The notes: generated from the letters alone by a model not told the origin. 63,845 bases of DNA, filler included, from 4 parts of 4 records of this genome joined end to end with filler, not necessarily neighbours in it; one strand, 5' to 3'; numbered from the whole stretch's first letter, positions 37,556 through 47,506 are shown. Program-made: numbers and translations.

Positions 37556-37929
37556 AGATAAAAGATATCACAGAAACGCCGTACCTACAAAAAACACTGA
37601 ACACATTGGGCAGTCAGCAAAAGACAGGAGCACCTATACCTCCAAACAAATTACCCAAAGGGCCAATTAAATCAGGGTCAGTGAAAGCACCACTGAAACA
37701 AACCAATACTCAAGCACAGCAACAAATAGTCAAGCCAGGTAAAACTGTGCCCATGCCAACAGGGGCAAACAAAGAAACAGATTATGAAGTGGACAGAGTC
37801 CAAGGTGATCAAGTCACAATGAAAACCAAAACTCCGTCAGCTCAAGCACCTCAATCAATCACAGTGAATAAAAAAGAATTAGATCCTGTGATTACCAATC
37901 TACAACGTAGACAAAAAGCAACACAATAA
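37552..37929 (+). CDS. Putative head-associated protein
   Basis: MKIKDITE N-terminus; ATGA overlap. Confidence 0.65.
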   Translation: MKIKDITETPYLQKTLNTLGSQQKTGAPIPPNKLPKGPIKSGSVKAPLKQTNTQAQQQIVKPGKTVPMPTGANKETDYEVDRVQGDQVTMKTKTPSAQAPQSITVNKKELDPVITNLQRRQKATQ

Positions 37930-38144
37930 TGAAAATAAACGAACTTGTACAAGATTTTGTAATTCAAACTTCCAATGAAGAACAACACATATTGGATAAA
38001 CTAAAAGAAATGACAAATATGGATAATTTTTTAGAAAGAGAACAAGAAGTGATTCGAAATCTTATTAACAAGAGTTTAGTACGTCGCATTGAACGTGGCA
38101 ATAAAACATTGGTGGTTGCAAATGGATCTACAGAAACTATCTAA
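37929..38144 (+). CDS. Small phage protein
   Basis: MKINELVQ N-terminus; TAATG coupling. Confidence 0.65.
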   Translation: MKINELVQDFVIQTSNEEQHILDKLKEMTNMDNFLEREQEVIRNLINKSLVRRIERGNKTLVVANGSTETI

Positions 38145-38547
38145 AAAACTTAAATTATTCATAGACCAACAAGCAGAGCAGATGTGCCTACCCATTCAGC
38201 ACGGCAACAGTCTGCGTATCAAAAACTTTGTGGTACGTGAAAACAGCATGGGATTTTTGTTGTACGATATAAAAAACCATAAACAGGTTACCACAACATT
38301 CACAAAAACAGCGGCACTGGCTATGGCAAGGCAGATGTCCCAAAACAAGCAGGACAGTTTACAATACATAGGATCCACAGATGATCGAATACACCACAAA
38401 TACAATGAATGTGTGTTTTACAAGCACACAATAGCCAGAACCGATGATGATATCAAGCGAGAATCTGCTAAAATACGATACGATATTGCATGGGAAGATT
38501 TACTCAAGTTAAGAGACACCCTGGACGACTACATATTTGATAAATAA
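38122..38547 (+). CDS. Phage hypothetical protein
   Basis: ATG 38122 preceded by GGTGG. Confidence 0.65.
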   Translation: MDLQKLSKKLKLFIDQQAEQMCLPIQHGNSLRIKNFVVRENSMGFLLYDIKNHKQVTTTFTKTAALAMARQMSQNKQDSLQYIGSTDDRIHHKYNECVFYKHTIARTDDDIKRESAKIRYDIAWEDLLKLRDTLDDYIFDK

Positions 38548-38567
38548 ATTAACAAAGGAACACATTA

Positions 38568-39758
38568 ATGAAAATAGAGCAATTTAGACACCAAGCAACA
38601 ACTGAACAGTTAAACGATAGACTGTCAAAAGTGTTTGGATCAGCAATCAAACTAGAACAATTCACAGATGCACAGTTAGAAACTGCTCGTACAAGTGTGT
38701 TAGACAAGATTGCGAATTTAGAACAAAATGAGTCCTTTGATGGGTTAAGTCACAACGAAGACTACCATAAGCAAAAAATGTTTTTAGACGTAATAGATTC
38801 TGCCATCAACGACAGAACAGTAGAAGCAAAATTACAAAACGATATTTTAGTCCAAGCAGATGAAATAATTGGTGACTACATTGACATGGACAAAGAAGCA
38901 TTAAAAATGAACAAGCAGGCTGTTATTGCTGACATAGAAAAAAGACAAGCAACAGCACAAGGTGACGAATCATCTGCTTTACATTATGCAAAACAAAAAG
39001 TAGAACAAGATTTCGACGATACTGGAGCAGAAATTGAAAAATCAAATGAAGGTAATCAATTTGCACAGGCAGTACAAAAAGCCAAAGCGGCAGGCATGAA
39101 AGCAGGTGATAAATTCAAAGTAGGCGATAAAGAATTTACACTGCAAGATGCAGAAGAATTATTAGCAAACACAATGAACGAAAAATCAAAGCCAGACTTC
39201 CTAGACGTGGACAAAGATGGTGATAAAAAAGAACCTATGAAAAAAGCAATCAAAGACAAAAAGACAGCAGTCAAAGAAGGCGCAGAAGAATCTGCTCAAT
39301 TAGTAATGGCATCCAAAGACATGGTTGATAAAGTTACGGGTTGGATGGAAGACACAGCATCTATGCAGACTGAAACTATGTTAGAATTAGCAGACGCTAT
39401 TAGAGATGAAATGGGCGTGGAAAAATCAGAAGCATTTACAAATTCAGTGAAGCCAAGTTTAGAATCTTTATACACTTCACTTGAAGCAACAAGAGAAGCA
39501 CTAACAGGTGGCGTAGCCATTCTGACAGGCGAACAAGCACCAGACACAATTGGTGCGGATAGCGACAGTGAAGAACCAGCAATGGAACCTACAACAGATG
39601 ATGATGCAGATATGCCAGATCAAACAGATGATTTTTCAGCAAGCGAACCTGCAACAGGCGGCGAGGAACCAGCAGACAGAAGTAAAAGAGAATCATTCAT
39701 TCAGATGTCTAGAAGACTAGCAGAAACACTTTCAACAAAGTCAAAAAAAAAGGCTTAA
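38568..39758 (+). CDS. Acidic putative prohead core/scaffold-like protein
   Basis: Helical and acidic; several x-x-E|G/S candidate cleavage sites; DVDKDGD motif; TAAATA 38541; ends in A AAA AAG. Confidence 0.65.
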   Translation: MKIEQFRHQATTEQLNDRLSKVFGSAIKLEQFTDAQLETARTSVLDKIANLEQNESFDGLSHNEDYHKQKMFLDVIDSAINDRTVEAKLQNDILVQADEIIGDYIDMDKEALKMNKQAVIADIEKRQATAQGDESSALHYAKQKVEQDFDDTGAEIEKSNEGNQFAQAVQKAKAAGMKAGDKFKVGDKEFTLQDAEELLANTMNEKSKPDFLDVDKDGDKKEPMKKAIKDKKTAVKEGAEESAQLVMASKDMVDKVTGWMEDTASMQTETMLELADAIRDEMGVEKSEAFTNSVKPSLESLYTSLEATREALTGGVAILTGEQAPDTIGADSDSEEPAMEPTTDDDADMPDQTDDFSASEPATGGEEPADRSKRESFIQMSRRLAETLSTKSKKKA

Positions 39759-40081
39759 TTTCTGAAGCCTCTGACACAGAGTTAATTCAAGTTCTTAGAA
39801 ATTTAATCAGCAGTGCTGATTCACGTGATCAAAAAGCATATTTGAGTTTTGATGCGTTGAACAACATAATGACTAATGTCGGAGGCTTCTCAATCAATCA
39901 CGACAGTTTTAAAAATCTCTACAATAAAAGTTCTTCAATCAAAAAAATGATCAAAACATTTGACAAGTCAGGTATCACACTTGACACTGACGCTGAAGAA
40001 CCAAACATTCCCACAAAAAAAGGTGATCGCTCTGCTGGTCTAAACACAATGGCAAAGAGAGCAACCAAAAAACGCACTTAA
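39752..40081 (+). CDS. ORF in -1 frame lacking own ATG; probable frameshift extension of 38568-39758
   Basis: Frame open from 39713; GLISEASDTELIQVLRNL...MAKRATKKRT. Confidence 0.55.
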   Translation, partial: GLISEASDTELIQVLRNLISSADSRDQKAYLSFDALNNIMTNVGGFSINHDSFKNLYNKSSSIKKMIKTFDKSGITLDTDAEEPNIPTKKGDRSAGLNTMAKRATKKRT

Positions 40082-40181
40082 TACTTGACTTCTCACCAAT
40101 AGTATTATAATATTAAGAGATGGATAGAACCAAAGAACAAATACTTCATGACATTTTATCGTTTTGTAGTACAATAGTACT

Positions 40182-40894
40182 ATGAGCAAATTTTGGATGT
40201 TAGGTAATAAAATTACCAGCGAGATGTATGAGCGTGAACGGTTCGTCAAGGTGGCCCATGACATGGGCATTGACTTCAACGTGGTATTCTCGGACGAGAT
40301 AGACCTACTGGTGTCACGTGACGACAGGCGATCCATACGATACCGAGGTGAGGCAATAGCATTGCCCAACGTGTGCCTGGCAAGGACAGGAAGTGGCACG
40401 GGATTCTACAACCTATCAGTGCTGAGACAGTTGGAGAGGTTGAACGTGTTGACCCTGCCCAACTCAGCGGCGATAGAATCTTCCAAGGACAAATTCTACA
40501 GCAACCAGATACTGGCACAGGCGGGACTGCCCATACCCAAGACCATGCTGGCACGTTTCCCGGTCTCCCATGAACTGGTGGAGAAACAGATCGGTCTGCC
40601 ATGCGTGATCAAGGTGGTGACGGGTTCACACGGTGCGGGAGTGTACTTGTGCGAAACACTGAAACAATTTTTGGATCTGCAGGAACTGATAGCATCACTG
40701 GACTCAAAGAACTCCATGATCATCCAGGAGTACGTCAAGGAGTCCGCTGGGCGAGACCTGAGGGTGATCGTCGTGGGCGGCAAGGTGATAGGCGCCATGG
40801 AGAGATCCAGCACGGACGGGAACTTCCGGGCCAACGTCTCCAGGGGCGGGGTGGCCAAGACATATGCAATAGATGACGAGATGGAGATGCTGGC
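40182..40894 (+). CDS. rimK: RimK-family ATP-grasp alpha-L-glutamate ligase (3' truncated)
   Basis: DKF..QILAQAGLPIPKT, GSHGAGV, IIQEYV, GRDLRVIVVGG, FRANVSRGG. Confidence 0.9.
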
Positions 40895-40994
40895 NNNNNN
40901 NNNNNNNNNNNNNNNNNNNNNNNNNNNNNNNNNNNNNNTTAATTAATTAANNNNNNNNNNNNNNNNNNNNNNNNNNNNNNNNNNNNNNNNNNNN
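40895..40994. other. Artificial contig spacer
   Basis: 44 N + TTAATTAATTAA + 44 N. Confidence 0.98.
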
Positions 40995-41024
40995 GATTTG
41001 AACCTGCGACCTTCAGGTTATGAG
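40995..41024 (-). other. 3' fragment of tRNA-Met(CAT); probable att site of a genomic island
   Basis: Minus strand CTCATAACCTGAAGGTCGCAGGTTCAAATC (anticodon loop to T arm); 5' half of the tRNA absent. Confidence 0.75.
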
Positions 41025-41470
41025 TGAAAAAGATATAAAACAAAACTCTACCCCAATGAATTTGCAACTCTATGACTAAAGCCCAGGGTCCAAGGCGCAC
41101 GGTCCGCGATCCGGGGTCCCCGGTCCTAGCTTTTAATTGTCTCAGAAAGGTTCATATAACCTTGCGTCGTCTGGTAGGTAGATTGGTGGGTAAAATTATA
41201 TTTATTTATAATTTAATAAACATAAACAGAGGCTTATTATGGATTTATGGCGGTGCTGTCAGGCAAAAGGTCTTAAGCATCAGAAATGAGTGATAGATAT
41301 AAACTAAGAGATAATAGTAAAGTACGGTCCGACAAAATTAGCGTCACGGTTTAGCTCTAAGTTGGTGCATGAGTGGAAATGTATCCCCCAATAAATTTCC
41401 ACACCAACGTTAGAGGCCAGAGTCAATTGTGTAAGGATCGTGTTTCTAAGTCCCCGACACTTGGATCTAC

Positions 41471-41545
41471 GGCTCAGATTTAGGTTTTGGGCTAAACCAG
41501 TCATTCGTTCAATTTGCAGCGAATGGCCGCTAAGAGCCCAAAGTG
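41471..41545. repeat. Short palindromic intergenic repeat, copy 1
   Basis: GGCTCAGATTT...TTGGGCTAAA...GTCATTC...AGAGCCCAAAGTG, similar to 47121-47185. Confidence 0.7.
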
Positions 41546-41660
41546 ACTAATGCTGCAATTAGTTCCAATGTCCGGAATTAAGAACCTTAGCCTTCTGCCG
41601 TCTTTTTAGTGGTGGCCTGACACACTTGCACGGGACAGGTTATTTTTTTAGAAGGGACAG

Positions 41661-43130
41661 ATGAAGATTGGCCATCGTTTCAACTTGCCAGAGTATTCGC
41701 CTTTGCCACTCAGGGCTCAGATATGTGAGTTGATCGGTTCAGCAATTTCAACCGGAACAATTGGGCCAGGGCAACCGCTGCCGTCATGCCGCGATTTGTC
41801 CCGCCAGTTGGGTGTGTCCCGAAACACCGTTTTTTCCTCTTATGAACAACTCAAGGAGATGGGTATTATCATCTCAAAGGACCGCAGTGGATATTTTGTA
41901 AATCTGGAATTCGTGCGAGGTTCTGTCGAAGTCAAAATACACGCTATTCAAGAAAATTCGGTTGTGAGCAGTCGGCTCCCTTCACTTGGAAAACGTCCTT
42001 CTGATTTGCGTAAGATTGAGCATCCCCTTGACTGGAACCAATTTCCCTTTCCGTTCGTTTACAACCAGATCGATCCAAACAAGTTCCCAATCCAAAACTG
42101 GCGGGAATGCATGCGGTTGGCACTTAACAAACAGCGCCTGCCTGTCTGGAGTGGCGATTCAGACGGCGCGGACAGCACGGCGCTTGTCGAACAGCTGCGC
42201 AAACGCCTTCTAAGCTACCGTGGTCTCCGAGTGAGCCCCGACGAAATTCTGATCACCGCGGGCGCGCAAAATGCGCTTTTTATCATCGGCCTTCTTTTTC
42301 ACGACACTTGCGGCGCCGTCGGTGTAGAGGAGCCTGGATACCCCGAAGCGCGAAATGCGTTTCAGCTTTCGGGCAACCGCATCCAAGCTCTGAAAGTCGA
42401 TTCGGCGGGGTTGGACCCCGATACGATCCCTGCGGAATGTGGAATGATCTACACCACCCCCAGCCACCAATTTCCCACTGGAGTGACAATGTCCCTGGAA
42501 CGCCGCAAGCGATTGCTGGATGTGGCGCAAGCAAACCGATCGGTCATTGTCGAGGATGATTACGAGGCTGAGATGAACTACGTCCGCGACACGCTACCCT
42601 CGGTTCTGGCCTTGGATCAGACAGGATCGGTTATTTATGTCGGCAGCCTGTCCAAAACGGTTTCCCCGGGGCTTCGGCTGGGCTTCATGGTCGCGCCTCC
42701 GGATATCATCCGCGAAGCGAGAGCTCTCAGGCGCGCGATCCTTCGGCATCCACCTACGATTTTACAGGATGCAATGGCTCATTTCATCGGACTTGGTTAT
42801 TACGATGCCAACCTTCGCAGCCTGCATCGGCGATACAGATCCAGATGGCAGGCGATGAAAGATGCCATTTCGCGACACATGCCATCGGTTCAATTGACGC
42901 CTGGCGAAGGTGGGACTTGTTTCTGGGCCGACGTGGGGCCGAACGTTGATACCAAAGAGCTTGAATCGAGGTTAAAGAACAAAGGCGTTCTTTATGACAA
43001 CGGATGCGTTTTTTATATGGAACCCAATCGAGGAAACGGAAAGCTGCGCCTCGGTTTCGCTTCGGTACCGCTGAAATCCATTGAACCTGGCATTCGGGTT
43101 ATCGGCGAAGAGATCGCGGCACTTGCCTGA
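41661..43130 (+). CDS. MocR/GabR-family PLP-dependent transcriptional regulator
   Basis: GntR HTH LPSCRDLSRQLGVSRNTV; TPSHQFPTG, VEDDY, GSLSK..SPGLRLG. Confidence 0.93.
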   Translation: MKIGHRFNLPEYSPLPLRAQICELIGSAISTGTIGPGQPLPSCRDLSRQLGVSRNTVFSSYEQLKEMGIIISKDRSGYFVNLEFVRGSVEVKIHAIQENSVVSSRLPSLGKRPSDLRKIEHPLDWNQFPFPFVYNQIDPNKFPIQNWRECMRLALNKQRLPVWSGDSDGADSTALVEQLRKRLLSYRGLRVSPDEILITAGAQNALFIIGLLFHDTCGAVGVEEPGYPEARNAFQLSGNRIQALKVDSAGLDPDTIPAECGMIYTTPSHQFPTGVTMSLERRKRLLDVAQANRSVIVEDDYEAEMNYVRDTLPSVLALDQTGSVIYVGSLSKTVSPGLRLGFMVAPPDIIREARALRRAILRHPPTILQDAMAHFIGLGYYDANLRSLHRRYRSRWQAMKDAISRHMPSVQLTPGEGGTCFWADVGPNVDTKELESRLKNKGVLYDNGCVFYMEPNRGNGKLRLGFASVPLKSIEPGIRVIGEEIAALA

Positions 43131-43238
43131 CGTTTGTCGAGCTTCTGTCTTTTTTATTGTGGGTATCTGTCCCCTATGCGCAACAGCAGACTGTCGTTAG
43201 CTTTGCGGCGAACACTCAAAGCCGGGTGAACGGCGAAA

Positions 43239-44594
43239 ATGCGAAAGGACAAGATGATGAATGGGAACCAAATATCTGCGGCTCCGGTTTCTTGGGATAC
43301 TAATTCAATCATTGAAAAACGCGACCGATACTACGCGGCCTCACAGCGCGCCTTCGTGCCGTATGAAAAACCGCTGATCCTAAAACGCGGCAGGATGCAA
43401 TATCTGTGGGATGAAAACGGCAACAAACTGATCGACCTTCTGGGCATGAACCTTTGCATCAGCGTAGGCCACGCCCACCCGGCGGTTGTCGATGCCGTGC
43501 AGGATCAGGTGGCGCAGTTGACCCACTGTACGACCATGTTCCACCACCCGGTGCCCGCACATTTTGCCGAGGAATTGGCGGCGACCATGCCGGTAGGCCA
43601 CGACTGGGTCGTGCATTTCACAAATTCGGGCGCCGAGGCCATTGATCTGGCGATGATGATGGCGCGGGCATCGACCGGTAACCATGACATTGTGGCGCTT
43701 CGCAATTCCTATCACGGCGTCACCTATGGGGCGCAATCAGTAACCGGTGTTCAGGGGTTCCGGCAGAACATTGGGCAATTGTCTAACATAGCCTTCGCGG
43801 CGGAACCCAACCAATATCGCGGTGCTTTCGGCACCGGCACCCAACCCTATCTGGATGATCTGGACCGCACACTAGCCTACACCACTTCAGGCCGACTGGC
43901 CGGGATGCTGGTTGAGCCCGTTCAAGGCTATGGGGGTATCATTGAAATGCCCGAAGGATATCTGAAAAGCGCAGCAGAGCGCATACGGGCCGCGGGTGGT
44001 CTGATGATCATCGACGAGGTTCAGTCGGGCTTCGGCAAGACGGGCAAATCGCTGTGGTGTTCTGATGCCCATGGCCTTGTCCCAGACATAATGGTGCTGG
44101 CCAAAGGCATCGGCAACGGAATCCCGCTTGGTGCCGTGATCGCAAAGCGCGAGGTCGCCGAAGTCATGGGTGAGAAATTTCTCTTCCACACATATGGTGC
44201 TAACCCCGTTGCCTGTGCCGCAGGGCGCGCGGTGCTGCGTGTGATCGAGGAAGAAGGTATGGTCGAAAACGCGCGGGTTGTTGGCGCCGAACTTCACAAA
44301 GGGTTACAGGCAATGAAGAAGCGCTACGAAATCATCGGAGACGTGCGAGGAACCGGGTTCATGCAAGCCATTGAGCTGGTGAAAAACCGCAATACGAAAG
44401 AGCCCGCGCCTGAAGAAACCGCATATGTGTTTGAGCGAACACGGGAAAACGGGTTGGTTTTGTCGAAGTCCGGAAACTTCAAGAACGTTCTTAGAATGGT
44501 GCCCCCACTTTGCCTGTCGATAGATGACGTGGAGCCTGTTCTCAGCGCGTATGACAAGAGCTTCCGTGACCTGATAGACAACTTCCAGCCCTGA
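43239..44594 (+). CDS. Class III PLP aminotransferase (AGXT2/beta-alanine-pyruvate-like)
   Basis: NSGAEA, SYHG, EPVQG.GG, DEVQSGFGKTG, MVLAKGIGNG, HTYGANP. Confidence 0.92.
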   Translation: MRKDKMMNGNQISAAPVSWDTNSIIEKRDRYYAASQRAFVPYEKPLILKRGRMQYLWDENGNKLIDLLGMNLCISVGHAHPAVVDAVQDQVAQLTHCTTMFHHPVPAHFAEELAATMPVGHDWVVHFTNSGAEAIDLAMMMARASTGNHDIVALRNSYHGVTYGAQSVTGVQGFRQNIGQLSNIAFAAEPNQYRGAFGTGTQPYLDDLDRTLAYTTSGRLAGMLVEPVQGYGGIIEMPEGYLKSAAERIRAAGGLMIIDEVQSGFGKTGKSLWCSDAHGLVPDIMVLAKGIGNGIPLGAVIAKREVAEVMGEKFLFHTYGANPVACAAGRAVLRVIEEEGMVENARVVGAELHKGLQAMKKRYEIIGDVRGTGFMQAIELVKNRNTKEPAPEETAYVFERTRENGLVLSKSGNFKNVLRMVPPLCLSIDDVEPVLSAYDKSFRDLIDNFQP

Positions 44595-45059
44595 ATGTTA
44601 GAGCAGTCGCTTGTGAATTTTTTGACTTAGGGGAGAACCGGTCGTTCGAGGAAATACGTTGAATGGCCAATTCGTCCGCGCAGCAGACCTTGGGGTTCAT
44701 GAGCGCGAAGGTACGCTCTTCCTGCCAAGAGCTAAAGAGTAAAGTGCTTTTTGTTCTGTGGTTTGTTTAAGTAGAGCTACACGACACACCCAAAAATATG
44801 ACTTTCGATAAAGCCCTGCTGTCATAAAACATTTTTTCCACTGGACTTTCCTTGCCCCGCAAGCCTGTGTGTAGCTATGCCCGAACAAAAAAACAGTAAT
44901 TCTCGCTTAGTACAACCGACTAAAAATGACTGGGCGAATATAGGGGGCTAGACAATTGACAAAAATTTAAGGTGGTTTACCCTCAAATGGCACATCCGTG
45001 CGCCGTCTAAATTCATATTTGCGAATACTTGAACTCAAATTTTTAATTGAGAGTGTGCC

Positions 45060-47105
45060 ATGTCAGACCCGCTTTTATTGCCGTTTCAATTGGGGGCGAT
45101 GACTCTTAAAAATCGTATTGTCAGCACGTGCCACGCGCCTGCATTAGCAGAGGATGGTATGCCAAAAGAGCGATATCAACGTTACCATTTGGAAAAAGCC
45201 AAAGGCGGGATCGGGATGACGATGATAGGTGGTTCATCTTGTGTGAGCCCTGACTCACCTTCAGTCTTCGGTCAGCTAGATGTGTCGTCTGATCGGATGA
45301 TCCCTTATTTTAGAGAATTTGCTGAACGCATCCATAAAGAAGATTGCCGTATTGTATGCCAAATTTCGCATTTGGGACGCCGAACAACGTGGAATGACGG
45401 CGATTGGTTGCCAGTGATTGCACCTTCACGCGTGCGTGAACCTGCACATCGAGGGTTTCCGAAAGTGATGGACCATGCTGACATCAAACGCGTTATTGGT
45501 GATTATGTTGCCGCCGCGCGCCGTATGCGTGACGCAGGGCTTGATGGTGTTGAGATTTTGCAAAACGCGCATTTGCCCGGGCAGTTTCTGTCGCCTGATA
45601 CAAACCTGCGTGATGATGAATACGGCGGGGATTTAATAAGGCGGATGCGTTTTCTGCGTGAGCTTTATGAGAAGGTTAAAGAGGAATTAGGCACTGATTT
45701 TGTGATTGGTGCGCGGGTTGAAATGGAAAGTAAGCTGGCAGAAGGTTTGCAAAAAGAAGAAGCGTTAGAAGCCCTGAAGATTATTGAAGCAGACGGTACA
45801 ATTGATTATTTCAATCTAAATGTAGGGAGGTCAGATACGGAATATATGCTGGCAAATTATCCTGTACCTGCAATGTTTAAAGAGCTGGCTCCATTCTTAC
45901 AATTGGCGGGGACGTTTAAGGCTGAGCTGAAAACGCCAACCATCCATGCGGCACGCATCTCTGACCTTGCAACCGCGCGATATGCCATCCAAGAAAAGCT
46001 GGTTGATTTGGTGGGCATGACGCGGGCGCATATTGCTGACCCGCATTTGGTCAACAAACTGAAAGAGGGCCGCGCCGAAGAAATCCGACCTTGTGTGGGG
46101 GCAGGATATTGTATTGACCGTATCTATAATGAAGGTGAGATGTTGTGCATCCACAATGTTGCGACAACTCGAGAACGAAGTATTCCACATATCACTCCAC
46201 CATCTAGCGGCACAGCAAAAAAGGTTGTGGTTGTCGGTGGCGGGCCTGCAGGGTTAGAAGCGGCTCGTGTCTCCGCGTTGCGAGGGCACAACGTTACGTT
46301 GATCGAGGCGTCTTCTGAATTAGGAGGACAAGTTCGCCTTGCTGCAAAAAGCCAGGTGCGTAAAGACCTGATCGGCATTGTTGATTGGCTGAGCAGTGAG
46401 GTAATGCGGCTGGGGGTTGATATCCATTGGCAACAATTTGCAGATCATAAGATGATCGAAGCCCTCAACCCTGATATTGTGGTGGTAGCAACGGGTGGTG
46501 TGCCTGATATTGAACATATTAAGGGTGGTGAACTGGCGCACTCAACATGGGATGTGCTGTCAGGGGAGGCGCTCAAGATACCTTCGGGTGAAGAGATGGT
46601 TTTGGTTTATGATGACCACGGACAGCATCAAGCTGCATCAACAGTAGTTGAGCTGGCAAAGCGAGGGTTTAAAGTGCGGCTGGTAACACCCGACCGCCAT
46701 GCGGTTCATGAAATGGGGGCATCAAACTTCCCAATGTATATTAAAGCGTTTCATGACCATCAGGTTGAGGTGACGCCTGATTTCAGGTTGAACAGTATCA
46801 ACCGTGAAGGTAACGGAGTACTAGCTGAATTTAACTCTGATTACGGCGACCATCCCTATAAATTAAAGGCAGATTATATTGTGATCGAACACGGCACATT
46901 GCCGAATGACGAGCTTTACTATGAGATGGTGGCCAACGCGGCAAACCATGGAGTAGTTGATATTCCGGCCTTGATCGCAGGTGAGGCGCAACCGAGCATG
47001 TCTAATGACGGAGGTCATAATTTGTTTAGGGTTGGGGATGCGGTGGCGAGCCGAAATATCCATGCTAGTATTTTGGATTCTAGACGTCTTTGCCAAACGT
47101 TTTAA
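45060..47105 (+). CDS. NADH:flavin oxidoreductase (N-methylproline demethylase StcD/HpbA-like)
   Basis: Old yellow enzyme barrel, QFLSP.TNLRDDEYGG, IRPCVGAGYCI...CIHN Fe-S motif, GGGPAGLEAA. Confidence 0.85.
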   Translation: MSDPLLLPFQLGAMTLKNRIVSTCHAPALAEDGMPKERYQRYHLEKAKGGIGMTMIGGSSCVSPDSPSVFGQLDVSSDRMIPYFREFAERIHKEDCRIVCQISHLGRRTTWNDGDWLPVIAPSRVREPAHRGFPKVMDHADIKRVIGDYVAAARRMRDAGLDGVEILQNAHLPGQFLSPDTNLRDDEYGGDLIRRMRFLRELYEKVKEELGTDFVIGARVEMESKLAEGLQKEEALEALKIIEADGTIDYFNLNVGRSDTEYMLANYPVPAMFKELAPFLQLAGTFKAELKTPTIHAARISDLATARYAIQEKLVDLVGMTRAHIADPHLVNKLKEGRAEEIRPCVGAGYCIDRIYNEGEMLCIHNVATTRERSIPHITPPSSGTAKKVVVVGGGPAGLEAARVSALRGHNVTLIEASSELGGQVRLAAKSQVRKDLIGIVDWLSSEVMRLGVDIHWQQFADHKMIEALNPDIVVVATGGVPDIEHIKGGELAHSTWDVLSGEALKIPSGEEMVLVYDDHGQHQAASTVVELAKRGFKVRLVTPDRHAVHEMGASNFPMYIKAFHDHQVEVTPDFRLNSINREGNGVLAEFNSDYGDHPYKLKADYIVIEHGTLPNDELYYEMVANAANHGVVDIPALIAGEAQPSMSNDGGHNLFRVGDAVASRNIHASILDSRRLCQTF

Positions 47106-47120
47106 GTTTAAGGGCCTAGC

Positions 47121-47185
47121 GGCTCAGATTTTGCTCTTGGGCTAAATCGGTCATTCTTTCAAATTTCAGCTTAGAGCCCAAAGTG
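47121..47185. repeat. Short palindromic intergenic repeat, copy 2
   Basis: Aligns by eye to 41471-41545 with a 10-nt internal deletion. Confidence 0.7.
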
Positions 47186-47506
47186 CCGGATACTCTAGGT
47201 TGCGCGAAGGTCTGCTTTGATCATTCTGTACGCTCAGGAGGGCCTAGACTTGGCAGTAGACCAATCATCTTGGTAGCGGCATTACGTACCGCTTATCAGT
47301 TCTTGTTAACCACGTTTAAAGCGTTACTGTCATCTTATGGGATTAAAGAGTCTTCTTTCTGCGCGATCATCTGCGAAAAATGCAACCCTGCGTTTGCTTG
47401 CAGTGCGCTCCAGGCGTCCCGGTCGTATTCCTTTTGCTAGAATGCGTGCGGGGCCGGGTCACAAGTAACTAGACCTACCACTTCAAAGCATTCAAAAGGA
47501 AATATT

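Larger units (their letters stand above)
14205..40894. mobile_element. Fragment of a large T4-style bacteriophage genome
   Basis: AT-rich, dense short hypothetical ORFs, recurrent TAAATA before genes, consensus sigma70 promoters, isolated host-like genes outside their operons, MKxxE-type putative head proteins. No capsid or terminase gene is present in the fragment. Confidence 0.82.

Noticed and set aside
40995-41070. Complete tRNA-Met gene
   Set aside because: Acceptor and D-arm half is missing; kept only as an att-like fragment
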